Below, piece by piece: positions 1-11,760 of a stretch of 64,000 nucleotides of DNA. The stretch lies in contig NC_083435.1 of assembly GCF_020745735.1 (NCBI RefSeq), forward strand, positions 36,419,090 to 36,483,089, read 5' to 3'. Every line of letters starts with the position of its first letter. Within the stretch, counting starts at the first letter, position 1. Below the pieces are notes generated by a model. It worked only from the letters and a program-made list of their open reading frames with translations, had not been told where the DNA came from and made no database searches. This DNA is from Hemiscyllium ocellatum. Its lineage: Eukaryota. A program made the position numbers and the translations under genes.

Positions 1-952
1 GTTTTGGGACCATTGCTGTTTGTTATCTTTATAAATGATCTAGAGGAGGGGCTTGAAAGCTGGGTGAGCAAGTTTGCGGATGACACAAAAGTCGGTGGAG
101 TTGTGGACAGTGAAGAAGGATGTGGCAGGTTACAGCGGGATATAGACAAGTTGCAGAGCTGGGCAGAAAGGTGGCAAATGGAATTCAATGTAACTAAGTG
201 TGAAGTCATTCACTTTGGTAGGAGTAACAAGAAGATGGATTACTGGGCTAATGGTAGGCTACTTGGTAGTGTGGATGAGCAGAGGGATCTTGGTGTCCAT
301 GTACACAGATCTCTGAAAGTTGCCACCCAGGTAAATAGTGCTGTGAGGAAGGCATATGGTGTACTGGGCTTTATTGGTAGAGGAATTGAGTTCCGGAGTC
401 CTGAGGTCATGTTGCAGTTGTATAAGACTCTGGTGCGGCCTCATCTGGAGTATTGTGTGCAGTTTTGGTCGCCATACTATAGGAAGGATGTGGAGGCATT
501 GGAACGAGTGCAGAGGAGATTTACCAGGATGTTGCCTGGCATGGTAGGAAAATCGTATGAGGAAAGACTGAGGCACTTGGGGCTGTTCTCATTGGAGAAA
601 AGAAGGTTTAAGGGAGATTTGATAGAGGTGTATAAGATGATTAGGGGTTTAGATAGGGTAGACACTGAGAACCTTTTACCGCTAATGGAGTCAGCTGTTA
701 CTAGGGGACACAGCTTTAAATTAAGGGGTGGTAGGTATAGGACAGATGTTAGGGGTAGATTTTTTACTCAGCGGGTTGTGAGTTCATGGAATGCCCTGCC
801 AGTAGCAGTGGTGAACTCTCCCTCTTTATGGTCATTTAATCGGGCATTGGATAAGCACATAGAAGTTATTGGGCTAGTGTAGGTTAGGTAGGATTTGGTC
901 GGTGCAACATCGAGGGCTGAAGGGCCTGTACTGCTGTATTTTTCTATGTTCT
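1..952 (+). mobile_element. CR1 LINE, 3' part of ORF2 (reverse transcriptase C-terminus) plus 3' UTR
   Basis: ORF 4..882 contains GPLLFVIFINDL, KFADDTK, QRDLGV, LVRPHLEYCVQFWSP and RGHSFKL, all typical of CR1 RT. The 3' UTR ends in TTCTATGTTCTA. The element is cut by the window start. Confidence 0.95.
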
Positions 953-1559
953 AAAATGAACCTAGATTTCAGTGGGCTGAGTATTTTAACTAATCATTTC
1001 CTAGCTTTGATTTGATTTCATTTGATTTATTTGTTGTGATGTGTTTTTTTGTTACAAAATACAGTAAAAAGTGTTGTATGGTGTTACCATTCACTGGCAT
1101 CATCTTAAAACACACACAAAAACCCAAAGCATTGAATATTCAGGCAGCAAAATAAAGGAAACCATGTTCAACTTGACAGTCCCTCTTGTTCACTGCCTCC
1201 CCCATGGACCTGGGGATGAGGTACGAGGCCCCCTTTGCCAAGCTGCTGCTGGCACGGAAGTGTCTACCCTTCAGCATGGTCTTGCCCCCCCCCCCCCCCC
1301 CCCCCCCCCCCCACCCCCGCCCACCCCCCCCACTGAGACCCTCACCATGTTCTACTGGGTGGGGGCTGCTTCCAGATTCCCGAGATAAGTGATGACAAAG
1401 TGCAAGTGAATTCTATCATCACTGACCTTTCATCATCATCATCATCAACTGGAATGGCGGAGGGGATGGTCCATCTTGGTTTCATTTTGACAAACCCATT
1501 TTCAGAAATGTCCATTTTCAACTGTAAAATAAAAACATCAAACCCTGGAACAGCTCAAT

Positions 1560-1840
1560 GACACAGTGGCTCAGGGGTTAGCACTGCTGCCTCACAGCAC
1601 CAGAGACCGCGGTTCGATTCCAGTCCCAGACAACTGTTTTCGTGGCATTGGCACGTCCTCCCAGTGTCTGCGTGGGTTTCCTCCCACAGCCCAATGATGT
1701 GCAGGTTCGGTTAATTGTCCATTCTGTTTAGGGATGTGAAGGTTAGGTTCATTCGTCAGGGCAAATGTACAGCAATTGATTGGAGGGGAGGTGGGTTACC
1801 CTTCAGAGGGTCGAAAGGCCTGTTCTCACAGTGTCGGGGT
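1560..1840 (+). mobile_element. HE1-like tRNA-derived V-SINE, degenerate
   Basis: GTGGCTCAGGGGTTAGCACTGCTGCCTCACAGC head, GGTTCGATTCC B-box, V-domain GTGTCTGCGTGGGTTTCCTCC, and CR1-like tail GAAAGGCCTGTT. Confidence 0.85.
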
Positions 1841-1847
1841 TCGATAA

Positions 1848-2035
1848 TCTGGCAGCATCAATGGAAACACAGCAAACAGTTTGAGTCTGATTTGACTTTT
1901 CAGAACTGGTTCAGAAGAAGCCTCATATCAAACTTGAAACATTACCTCTGTTCCGCGTGCTGCCAGACTTGGAGTTTCTCCATCAATTTTTTGTTTTTAT
2001 TTCAGATTTCCAGCATTGGTAACATTTTGCTTTTG
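1848..2035. mobile_element. Two head-to-head Penelope-like terminal fragments with degenerate hammerhead-like motifs
   Basis: CTGGCAGCA near 1849 and TGCTGCCAG near 1960 are inverted. The inner segments resemble CTGANGA-stem-GAAAC on opposite strands. Confidence 0.45.
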
Positions 2036-2846
2036 GAATTTTCAGATAATCTGACTCCACATTATATCAATAAATGTCACTGACCGCAGTCAGGGTTGTA
2101 TCTCAGCGACAGTCCTGGAGCGTCAAGTTCTGGATCTAACTCTCCTCCCTACCAAGCAAGAACACTGTTATCTAGCTGAGAATTACCCAGCTATGTCCTG
2201 CTGCACAAATGTTTCACCAACTCAAGCTGTCCAATAGCAACTTCCAGACAATTATGAAATTAATGATGTATTCAGTATTTAATATTTAAAATGCAAAATG
2301 CATACAGTTCCCAACTTTGAAATCCACTATAATCACCCAGTTTTAGTCCCTCAATTTAAATCCAAAATTAGTTTTCTTCAGTAGTCCTGACCAATCATTG
2401 CTCAATTACAATGTTATAAGTCGTGAAATAATCAGAGCTGCCTTAGAAGGATTTGTCTGTTCAAGTTAAAAAACTTCTACTGCATGAACAATGGCTGAAT
2501 CCAAGGTCACCGATATTAACCAGAGGATATTTTTTATTACAATCTAATGTTGAACTGAAACTTCACCTGTCCTCCATGAATCGCTTTTATGTAAGGATAA
2601 AAGGGATTAGTTAGACACTGATAGTAAGGCAGTCATGACCTGTAAAAAGAACAGGAGTTAACATTTTATTTCATAATCACTGTAAAATCCTTAACCTTAA
2701 AAGAAATCATGTTAAATTTCCATAATAGAAATCAGATTCAAAACAGTCCCGGATCTCAAGCTCCTGGGAACAAAGTACAAACACTCAATCACCAACAAAC
2801 AAATGTGCATTCAAACTGAATCACAAAGGGTTAAATTTTCTACCAG

Positions 2847-2989
2847 NNNNNNNNNNNNNNNNNNNNNNNNNNNNNNNNNNNNNNNNNNNNNNNNNNNNNN
2901 NNNNNNNNNNNNNNNNNNNNNNNNNNNNNNNNNNNNNNNNNNNNNNNNNNNNNNNNNNNNNNNNNNNNNNNNNNNNNNNNNNNNNNNNN
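2847..2989. other. Assembly gap (143 N)
   Basis: Run of n. Confidence 1.
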
Positions 2990-3107
2990 GCTTCCCACAA
3001 CAGCACCTCTAGGTGCTCCTTGCTTCCCCCCTCTATCTTTTGAATATTTTTCTGGATGTCTGGCCATGAGTTAGTTACAAGGTGTACCCTCAGTAGCCCT
3101 TCAGCTA

Positions 3108-3416
3108 CTAGCCCTTCTGACTTGAAGCAGAATCTGATCCCTCCTGACTGAAAGGCTGTTTTCCATTGACATATAGATTCAATCATTTACAAACCCAGTC
3201 TTCGTCCGACCCATCCTTTGGCCAGAAGATGGTGGGACAAAGAATGGATTCCTTAGTCCACACAAAGCAACAATATTTCATCATCTTTTTCTTATCTTTT
3301 CCCCTTGTCCAATTTTTCAACATCCATCCCGAGTGTGGACTTTCTGGAGGGATATCTTCTGGGAATTCTTTCCCCTTTATCCCAGGTGCCTCATTTTTGC
3401 TTCCTTTGCCTCCCAT
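3108..3416 (-). pseudogene. gag: Endogenous retrovirus gag matrix (MA) remnant, class I (gamma/epsilon-like)
   Basis: ATG at 3416 in GCCACGATGG context gives MGGKGSK..DIPPESPHSGWMLKNW..KDKKKMMKYCCFVWTKE..FWPKDGSDEDWVCK*LNLYVNGKQPFSQE. This resembles class I ERV matrix, with a Gly2 myristoylation start. There is an in-frame TGA at 3185-3183 and a TAG at 3110-3108. Confidence 0.75.
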
Positions 3417-3921
3417 CGTGGCCAACCCATCAGTCCCTTAGTTTGACAGGGATCACACTCCCAGTCACCAAGGCCATTCTAACTCAAACCCCAATCAAAC
3501 CCAGGGGACTCTAACCTCAATCAAACTTCGGGGACCATCCCTCCCAAAGGATTTTCTGGAGGTATGTTGTCAGGGACCCCGCCTCCATTCCCATTTCCTT
3601 TTTTATCCTCAGAGGCTCTGTCCTTACCCTCGGTGCAGCCTATATTGAGTTTCTTCGTTAGTCCCTGATTAACTACTAGAAATCAATCCCAGCCACCAAT
3701 GCAGTACTTAAAAGTCAATGTTCCTACCTTGGTCTGTGCATGGAGTTGCCTGGCCGTTCTCCGCATTCAGAGCTGGCTTTACTCTCCCCACTGCGTGGTT
3801 CTGAAGTCTCCTTTCAAAGATTCTTACCACCAACCCAAGGCACGAGACCGCTCCTCAACTGGGAATGGGACGCATCTTCTCAGTGTCCAGGGACAGCCTC
3901 TCCCTCCCAGCGATGGAAGAT

Positions 3922-3939
3922 CTCCCAGACCAGCCCCCA
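3922..3939 (-). promoter_or_regulatory. Retroviral primer-binding site for tRNA-Pro
   Basis: Minus strand TGGGGGCTGGTCTGGGAG matches canonical PBS-Pro TGGGGGCTCGTCCGGGAT at 15/18 positions. It is preceded by CA plus a 2-nt spacer and lies about 500 nt upstream of the gag ATG. Confidence 0.8.
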
Positions 3940-3941
3940 AT

Positions 3942-4444
3942 TGTGGGAAATAGACCCCACTCACTTCAATAATTTCAGTCCGAGACAAGATCTGAAGCAG
4001 CAGTATTTCACTCTCGTGGTCTATTTTTAGCGAATATCCTCCCTCACTGCCAGCTGCTTCCTTGCTTGCTAAAGCGATATTTCCTTTCAGTCTTTGCCCA
4101 TCCTGAGCGTTATGACCTCCTGATTGTGGTCTGGTTTGTTTTTGCAGAAGCGGGAACCAGATGCTTGTACCTGTTTGGACAGACATATCGAGTTTAACCT
4201 ACACCCCCTCCCCGCACAGCACATTATCTAATTGTCTATAACATCTACCATTGTTTACAGGCACATTTCATTCTTGTATGTACATTTTAGCTAATACAAA
4301 AACAGTTATACATTTCCTTCACATAGTTTTCATTCTTGTTAACTCAGCCCTTGGCTGAAACAATTATACACCGGTGTGAGTTCATTTATCTTGCATAAGT
4401 AATTATGGTTGCAGAAGCAACACTGCTTTACCTATATCCCATAC
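3942..4444 (-). mobile_element. Probable 5' LTR of the ERV remnant (far boundary uncertain)
   Basis: Ends in CA immediately before the PBS on the minus strand. No clean AATAAA was seen. The far boundary is guessed at a TG (plus-strand CA) next to a SINE. Confidence 0.45.
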
Positions 4445-4539
4445 ATTCCTGGGTTCTTGGGGACAATTGTAACTGATCCCACTTGTTGGGAATTGATCCC
4501 TGCAGTACAGGGACAGGGACAAAACCTCCACACCATCTC

Positions 4540-4768
4540 TCCAACAAGCATCCCACCCAGACTGACTGTATAACCCTGCATTTCCCATGGCCAATCCACC
4601 TAACCTGCACACCTTTAGACTGTGGGAGGAAACTGGAGCACCCACAGGAAACCCACACAGACACAAGGAGAACGTGCAACTCCACACACACAGTTCCTAG
4701 AGGCTGGAATTGAGCCCAGATCCCTGGTGCTGTGAGGCAGCAGAACTAACCACTGAGCCACTGCACCA
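4540..4768 (-). mobile_element. HE1-like V-SINE
   Basis: Reverse complement of the SINE head and V-domain (GGAAACTGGAGCACCCACAGGAAACCCAC..CTAACCACTGAGCCAC). Confidence 0.85.
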
Positions 4769-6204
4769 ACAGGTTGATGTCTGAAGGATTGTGTGGGTCT
4801 GGTGCACATTGTACAAGGTTCCCCTGCAGGAAGCACTGAGCCTTCAGCCCACAGACCAGATGGGGACAGAAACCGATGAAATGGAGGCTCCCAACATGGA
4901 TGTGACTGGAGCCAGGCCCTGTGGAGCAGCTGAGGAAACCCCGCCTGCAGCTGCCAGGGCAGCTCGAGAGCAGCTGGGGGCTGATGGATTTGGACATTGA
5001 GAAGGAGAATATCCCTCTCCCTCCCCCAGGAAATCAGAGAGAAGAGCAGTGGAGATGGAGGGAAACAAGGGACATTTTAGTTCAGCAGCAAATAGACTTT
5101 GCAGGATGTTTGTGGGAGATATTACTGAACGGAGTCAATTTCATGTGCTCAGGTCAAAACCTTTCAGATCATTTATATTAATGAGCAGTTTCTCTACTTA
5201 GTAAACTGTTGCAATGACATGTCATTTAAAATTGTTTTGTACAATTTGAAATTATTCCAGGCCAATCTATAAATAAAAAAGGACTCCAACAGAACAGGTA
5301 TATTTAGTAATATGTCACTCCTTAAATAAAACATTTCCCCAAAGTGAAACAGTAAAAATTCACCTTCTCATCAGTGCCTGACAATGACTCTTACAGGGGC
5401 AGGAGGGGGGGCAGGTAAAGCTGACTTGCCCAGTTAGAGCTACCACCCTCATGCCTCCTGTATCTCCCCCTGTGCCCATGTCCTGCCCCCCTCCTGTCCC
5501 AGAGACATGCCCAGCAGCTGAGAACTCCTCCCTGGGGAGCTGCTGGCCAGAAGCTGCATCCATGAGAGCTCCAGCTGCTGTCCCGTGGGCCTGCCCTGTT
5601 TCTGTACTCGGAGCTGGCAGGAGGCCTTCTATTGGGCTGCTTTGTATTCCTGCCCGAGCAGCTGTCTCCAACTGCTGGGTTTGTATTAGCCTCTGGTTAG
5701 GGGGCCTTGCAGCATCCTCCATGTGGCCAGAAGGATTGAGATGGGTCTGCTTTGGATCAGGCAATGCATCAGGAATGCTTTTTCTCCAAAGGCCCAGCTG
5801 CTGAGTAGCCCTTGTCTGAACCTCCCCCATCTCCTGTGTGGAAGTCATTTTGTCACCTACTAATTGTGTGGAAACTATGTTATCACATAACTCAGCGCCA
5901 CAACCTGAAGAAGGCCTTTTTTACCTCTGTCAAGGAATCCTCAGCAGCAGGACACAGGGAGCAGCTGGGCTTTAACTCTGGGGCATGTCACAGTGTGAGA
6001 TTAGAATGGAAAAGCAGGATGGTCACACAGACCATTCACTTTGATGCAGTAAAAGGTTGGGTTGCTGCAGAATTCAGCAGCAGGGCAACCGAATGTGGAA
6101 CAGATCCTGTGCATGGAATGTCCAGCACATAACTGTGGAAGGAATCCCATGGAACAGGGATTGTCTTGTTATGGAAGTGACATGAATTCATCTGCCTTTT
6201 ACAT

Positions 6205-6221
6205 TGTGTGTGTCTGTGTGT

Positions 6222-6252
<31 letters not shown>

Positions 6253-6279
6253 GGTGTCTGTGGGGGTGTGTGTGAGAGA
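6205..6279. repeat. (TG)n compound microsatellite
   Basis: Visible TG/TCTG run. Confidence 0.95.
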
Positions 6280-6744
6280 GATGCAAGCTTGATTTGATTT
6301 ATTATTGTCACATGTATCTAAGTTGGCTCGTGTAGACTCAGACCGTTCCCTTGCTCTCTCTCCATGGGTGCTGTCTGACCAGGATTTGTTGTTTTCAGTC
6401 CAGGTCCCAGCATCTGCAGGAATTTGCTGACAGTGGAAAGTGTTGGTTTGTGTGCAGTCCAGGCAGATGATACCATACAAAGACCATGTGGTGATTGAAC
6501 AGGTCTCATTTCCCCCTCCTTACAAAACATGTGATCACTCAGGCAACTTTCATCCAACACCAAGGTGAGTGTTTTCCAGGTTTCTCGGGGATCTGTGAGT
6601 GATCACAATTCTCACGATATCATAGAGTCGCACAGAATAGGACAAGGGCCCAGTGGGGTCTCTCTCTGACTTTTTGGTGATAACTATCATCCCGGCTGCA
6701 GGTGGCTGTGGCGCTGGGGGTTTAGAGAAACTATTCTTCATGAA

Positions 6745-6990
6745 CAAAGTTACAAATCACACAACATCAGGTTATAGTCCAACAGGTATATTAGGAAGTA
6801 CTAGCTTTCAGAGCGCTGCTCCTTCTGTGGTAGCTGTGGAACAGGATCATAAGACACAGAATTTACAGCAAATGATCTCAGTGTCATGCAACAGAAACGA
6901 TATTTTGAACAAACTTAAATTGTTGTTGAGTCTTTCATCTTTTCGATTGGAGCGGGCCACATCGTATTCTTGATGGAGCAACACCACCAC
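6745..6990 (-). mobile_element. Penelope-like 3' terminal fragment
   Basis: Minus strand GAAGGAGCAGCGCTCTGAAAGCTAG..CCTGTTGGACTATAACCTG. The same family recurs at about 8335-8415 and 56265-56350. Confidence 0.55.
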
Positions 6991-7189
6991 CTTGTGGCTG
7001 ACGTCGGTACTCTACGAATTTATTCCTTTCCTGCATTACCAGCTCTGGGCTGTTGGTGGTGCTATTGTCCGTCTTCCACATTCAAGCCACCGCATTGCCA
7101 TCGTTGATTATGAACAAATACAATTTGTCAGATAAAGAACTTCCCTATTCTACAGGCATGACCCTGAACTTCTAGTCACATGGTTTCAA

Positions 7190-7600
7190 TTGACTCAATC
7201 TCATTCCAACTTCTCCTTTACAATAGCTTGAGAGACAGCAATATCTCATCTTTCTATTTGTAACCTTCCAGACTCAACATCAAATTCAACAATTTTACTT
7301 CCAAATTGCCGACACCATTGTTTTTGGGTGATGTGTTTTGGGTGATGTTGCTGTGATTCCTATCAACATGCCATTGAAATACACCTTTACATGTCCCACT
7401 GCTATTTCCTCCTGCCTTGCTCTCACCATCACTTCACCATTTCGCCTTCCGCTCTCTGCCCTGTCTTCTTTCTGCATTGCCTCCTGTTCTTATCGCACCA
7501 CCGCATTTTTCCCTGCGGCTCCACAAACATAGAATCTGCAACATCTTTGGCCTTTTCCCAGTTCTGATCAAAGTTCACAGAACTGAAACGTTTTGATTTT
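7190..7600 (+). mobile_element. Degenerate Penelope-like 3' end with hammerhead-like motif
   Basis: CTTGAGAGACAGCAATATCTCATCTTT..CTCAACATCAAATTCAACAATTT resembles the GIY-YIG C-terminus (RLEEQHLIF..LNIEFNNF). CTGATCA-AAGTTCACAGAACT-GAAAC-GTT at 7564-7592. Confidence 0.55.
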
Positions 7601-7839
7601 GCGAAAGTGCGATCCATTGGATGTGATCGACACTGACAGAATGCCGCAGTTCCGTTTGTCGCCAGGAGGTGGCAGCCCTGTACCATCAGCGTCACCTGCG
7701 GGATAATTTTTTGCTTGCAGTACCAGACACCACCAGCAGGTGGACATATTGCACCGACTGGGACAAAACTGTTCAGATCCATTCAATGTGACAGGAGGCA
7801 CAGAGGGGAAAATTGTCTAGTAATACCGCCCCTTAAAAT

Positions 7840-8260
7840 CCAATGGTGTTACCGTCCCTGAATCCACCAGGACCAACATCCTTGGGGTTACCATTGACCA
7901 GAAACACCACTGCACTCAGCACATACACACGGTGGCTACAAGAACAGTCAGAGACTCGGAATACTGCGGTGAGTAAGTCACCTCCTGACTCTCCAACACC
8001 TCTCCATTACCTACAAGGCACAAGCCAGGAGCCCTCTTACCTGGATAGGTGCAGCTCCAACAACACTCAAGGAGCTTGACACCTTCCAAACCCACGGCCA
8101 CTTCCATCAGGAAGGAGACGGGCAGCAGATATACAGGAACACCACCACCCTCAAATTCCCCTCCAAGCCATTCACCATCCTGATTTGGAAATATATTACT
8201 GTTCATTCACTGTCACTGGGAGAACATTCTGGAATTCCCACCCTCAGGGCACTCACCCCA
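7840..8260 (+). mobile_element. L2/CR1-like LINE 3' fragment
   Basis: ACATCCTTGGGGTTACCATTGACCAGAAAC and CCATTCACCATCCTGATTTGGAAATATATT are shared with copies at about 25.6 kb and 27.0-27.3 kb. Confidence 0.6.
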
Positions 8261-8417
8261 TTTGGATGATGTTTTGATCTCTGCCCTTGGCTTCCTGCCC
8301 ATAAATTCTGTTTCCTGTGCTTCCCTCTCACTCCACCTGACCAAGGGCTGATGCTCCAAACACCAGTGATTCCGAATGAACCGATTGGACTCTAACCTGG
8401 TGTCATGGGAATTCTGA

Positions 8418-8744
8418 CAGTAACCTGGGACACACCCGGTCTATCATTAACCAGGGTCAGTAACCTGGGATACACCCGGTCTATCACTAACCTGGATCAG
8501 GAACCTGGGACATAACTGGTCTATCACTAACCAGGGTCAGTAACCTGGGACACACCCGATCTATCACTAACCAGGGTCAGTAACCTGGGACAGACCCAGT
8601 CTATCACTAACCAGGGTCAGTAACCTTGGACACACCCGGTCTATCACTAACCTGGATCAGTAACCTGGGATACACCCGGTCTATCACTAACCAGGGTCAG
8701 TAACCTGGGACACACCTGGTCTATCACTAACCAGAGTCTGTAAC
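8418..8744. repeat. 40-bp minisatellite, about 8 units
   Basis: Unit CAGTAACCTGGGACACACCCGGTCTATCACTAACCAGGGT starts at 8418, 8458 and so on to 8698. Confidence 0.97.
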
Positions 8745-9752
8745 GTACGACCCTGTTTTACTCGTGGTTCTGCCCAAACCATTGTCTCCCTGACCTTTGT
8801 CCTGGAACAGTAACCGAGGAGACAGACACTGAATGGAATGGGAGAACGGTTTCATAGATCAGTGAGGTTAGATCAGAACATTGAAACTAAAATACGTACC
8901 TTTCCTTGTGAAATATTCCTTTCCAGCTTTCAAGCATTGCTTCAAACATTGAACAGACACACCCAGCAAATATCGTTCCCAGTATTTGTTCCAAGATTCA
9001 TCCGAATCTCATTTCTTCTTCGCCTTTTGTGCAAAGTGATTTGCGGCAACCCATCTCATCCTGTCTGGTTCTAAACTAATGTAGTCCTTTCTATCAAATC
9101 CAAATTGTATTGACCTCATCACTGACCTCAATGGAACATATCCATTGCAGAGTGTGAATTCCTGTCAGTGACCAAGCAGGGATCAATCATCAGTAATTAA
9201 TAGATAATCACCCACTGTCTGATCAGAGAGGAAAGGGGGTGCAGTATCAGACTGAAATAAAGAGACCAGGAGTTGGTGGGGATTTGTTGCAAATGACCAT
9301 AATCACAAAACACCGATAATGTTGGTTTGACATTGAGACAAAGCCTGGATCTTACAGTAAGCCAGGTTTGCATTCCATCTTGTACCCAATCTCCACTGCA
9401 CAATAAGGAGGAGAAATGTGTGCCAGTTCTCTGACAGAGAGTGCAGTACATTTGTTCTGTTTGGTCTTTGGAGGTAAGATGTACTTGTGGCTAAGGTGAG
9501 GCCCTTCAGGAGGTAGATGCATTAATCAGGCATTGTAGGGTCAATGATGAGACACATTCACTATCAAACTACTCCTCACTTACAGCTCACCCCTTGACCA
9601 ACAATATACAGCCTCAAACAGGAAACCTGGCTAGCATGGATGAGTTGGGCTGAAGGGTCTGTTCACTGTATGATTCTTTGAATCTATGAGCAATCATGTC
9701 CATTCAATTGAACAGGACAATTTCACTTCTTGGAAGCAGAACAGATATTGAT

Positions 9753-10042
9753 ACGGTGGCTCAGTGGTTAGCACTGCTGCCTCACAGCACCAGGAACCCA
9801 GGTTCGATTCCAGCCTTGCGTGACTGGATGGAGTTTGTACATTCTCTCCGTGTCTGTGTGGGTTTCCTCCGGGTGCTCCGGTTTCCTCCCACAGTCCAAA
9901 GATGTGCAGGTCAGGTGAATTGTGCAGAGTGTTAGGTGCATTAGTCAGAGGGAACTGGGACTGGGTGGTTTACACTTCGGAGGGTCGGTATGGACTTATT
10001 GGGCTGAAGGGCCTGTTTCCACATTGTAGGGAATCTAATCTA
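9753..10042 (+). mobile_element. HE1-like V-SINE
   Basis: tRNA-like head with A and B boxes, V-domain, and tail GAAGGGCCTGTTTCCACATTGTAGGGAATCTAATCTA. Confidence 0.9.
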
Positions 10043-10304
10043 AAAAAACCAGTGTTGCTTGTAGTCACCAATTCTCAAATGTATTATAAAGTTCTCATGA
10101 CTACACAAGGTCTCTGAGCTGTTTCCCTCTCACAGTGAACTGTAAGTATGTGATAACATGTGCACTGACATTCACTGCTGTCTTTCATGGTGACAGATGG
10201 GATGGCAGCTGGGTTGTAACATGGAGGACGTATTCATCCCATGGTTATAATATCCCAATGTTTGTGAGTGCCATAACTTATGTTGGGTGTAATGTGTCAC
10301 AGCT

Positions 10305-11760
10305 GAAAATGTGTTGCTGGTTAAAGCACAGCAGGTCAGGCAGCATCTCAGGAATAGGAAATTCGACGTTTTGAGCATAAGCCCTTTATCAGGAATGAGG
10401 AGAGTTTGCCAAGCAGGCTAAGATAAAAGGTAGTGAGGAGGGACTTGGGGGAGGGGCGATGGAGGTGGGATAGGTGGAAGGAGGTCAAGGTGAGGGTGAT
10501 AGGCCGGAGTGGGGTGGGGGCGGAGAGGTCAGGAAGGAGATTGCAGGTTAGGAGGGCGGTGCTGAGTTGAGGGAACCGACTGAGACAAGGTGGGGGGAGG
10601 GGAAATGAGGAAACTGGAGAAATCTGAATTCATTCCTTGTGGTTGGAGGGTTCCCAGGCGGAAGATGAGGCGCTCTTCCTCCAGCCGTCGTGTAGTTGTG
10701 TTCTGCTGGTGGAGGAGTCCAAGGACCTGCATGTCCTCGGTGGAGTGGGAGGGAGAGTTAAAGTGTTGAGCCACGGGGTGATTGGGTTGGTTGGTCCGGG
10801 TGTCCCAGAGGTGTTCCCTGAAGCGTTCCGCAAGTAAGCGGCCTGTCTCCCCAATATAGAGGAGGCCACATCGGGTGCAGCGGATGCAATAGATGATGTG
10901 TGTGGAGGTACAGGTGAACTTGTGGCGGATATGGAAGGATCCCTTGGGGCCTTGGAGGGAAGTGAGTGTGGAGGTGTGGGCGCAAGTTTTACATTTCCTG
11001 CGGTTGCAGGGGAAGGTGCCGGGGGTGGAGGTTGGGTTGGTGGGGGGTGTGGACCTGACGAGGGAGTCACGAAGGGAGTGGTCCTTGCGGAACGCTGATA
11101 GGGGAGGGGAGGGAAATATATCCTTGGTGGTGGGGTCTGTTTGGAGGTGGCGGAAATGACGGCGGATGATACGTTGTATGCGGAGGTTGGTGGGGTGGTA
11201 GGTGAGAACCAGTGGGGTTCTGTCTTGGTGGCGGTTGGAGGAGCGGGGCTCAAGGGCGGAGGAGCGGGAAGTGGAGGAGATGCGGTGGAGGGCATCATCG
11301 ATCACGTCTGGGGGGAATCTGCGGTCCTTGAAGAAGGAGGCCACCTGGGCTGTGCGGTGTTGAAACTGGTCCTCCTGGGAGCAGATGCGGTGGAGACGAA
11401 GGAATTGGGAATATGGGATGGAGTTTTTACAGGGGGCAGGGTGGGAGGAGGTGTAGTCCAGGTAGCTGTGGGAGTCAGTCGGTTTATAGTAGATGTCTGT
11501 GTTGAGTCGGTCACCCGAGATAGAGATGGAAAGGTCTAGGAAGGGGAGGGAGGAGTCTGAGACAGTCCAGGTGAATTTGAGGTCGGGATGGAAGGTGTTA
11601 GTAAAGTTGATGAACTGTTCAACCTCCTTGTGGGAGCACGAGGCAGCGCTGATACAGTGATGAACGGTTCAACCTCCTCGTGGGAGCACGAGGCAGCGCC
11701 GATACAGTGATGAACTGTTCAACCTCCTCGTGGGAGGATGAACTGTTCAACCTCAACCTC
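10305..11760 (-). mobile_element. Penelope-like element, 5'-truncated: RT C-terminus plus GIY-YIG endonuclease, reading frame open
   Basis: One frame is open from about 11653 to 10529: LKFTW..LPFLDL..YYKPTDSHSYLDYTSSHP..IPYSQFLRL..IIYCIRCTRCGLLYIGETGR..RFREH..LEEERLIFRLGTLQPQGMN. The 3' terminus carries a hammerhead-like motif at 10361-10396. Confidence 0.92.

Noticed and set aside
1284-1332. Poly-proline ORFs over the poly-C tract (also 45510-45545)
   Set aside because: Homopolymer runs with uncertain length; no coding support.
1560-1640. tRNA genes at SINE heads (also 9753, 25685, 37679, 53435)
   Set aside because: A and B boxes are present, but they run into the V-domain and CR1-like tail with no complete cloverleaf.
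4146-4160. TGGTTCCC (minus strand) as a tRNA-Glu primer-binding site
   Set aside because: Only an 8-nt match; the 15/18 tRNA-Pro site at 3922-3939 fits the proviral layout much better.
4791-5848. Short low-complexity ORFs (up to 162 aa) as exons
   Set aside because: No recognisable domain or consistent splice structure; may be decayed repeat sequence.
10630-11539. Pro/Ser-rich 222 aa minus ORF and Gly/Val-rich plus ORFs
   Set aside because: Alternative-frame and antisense shadows of the Penelope ORF.
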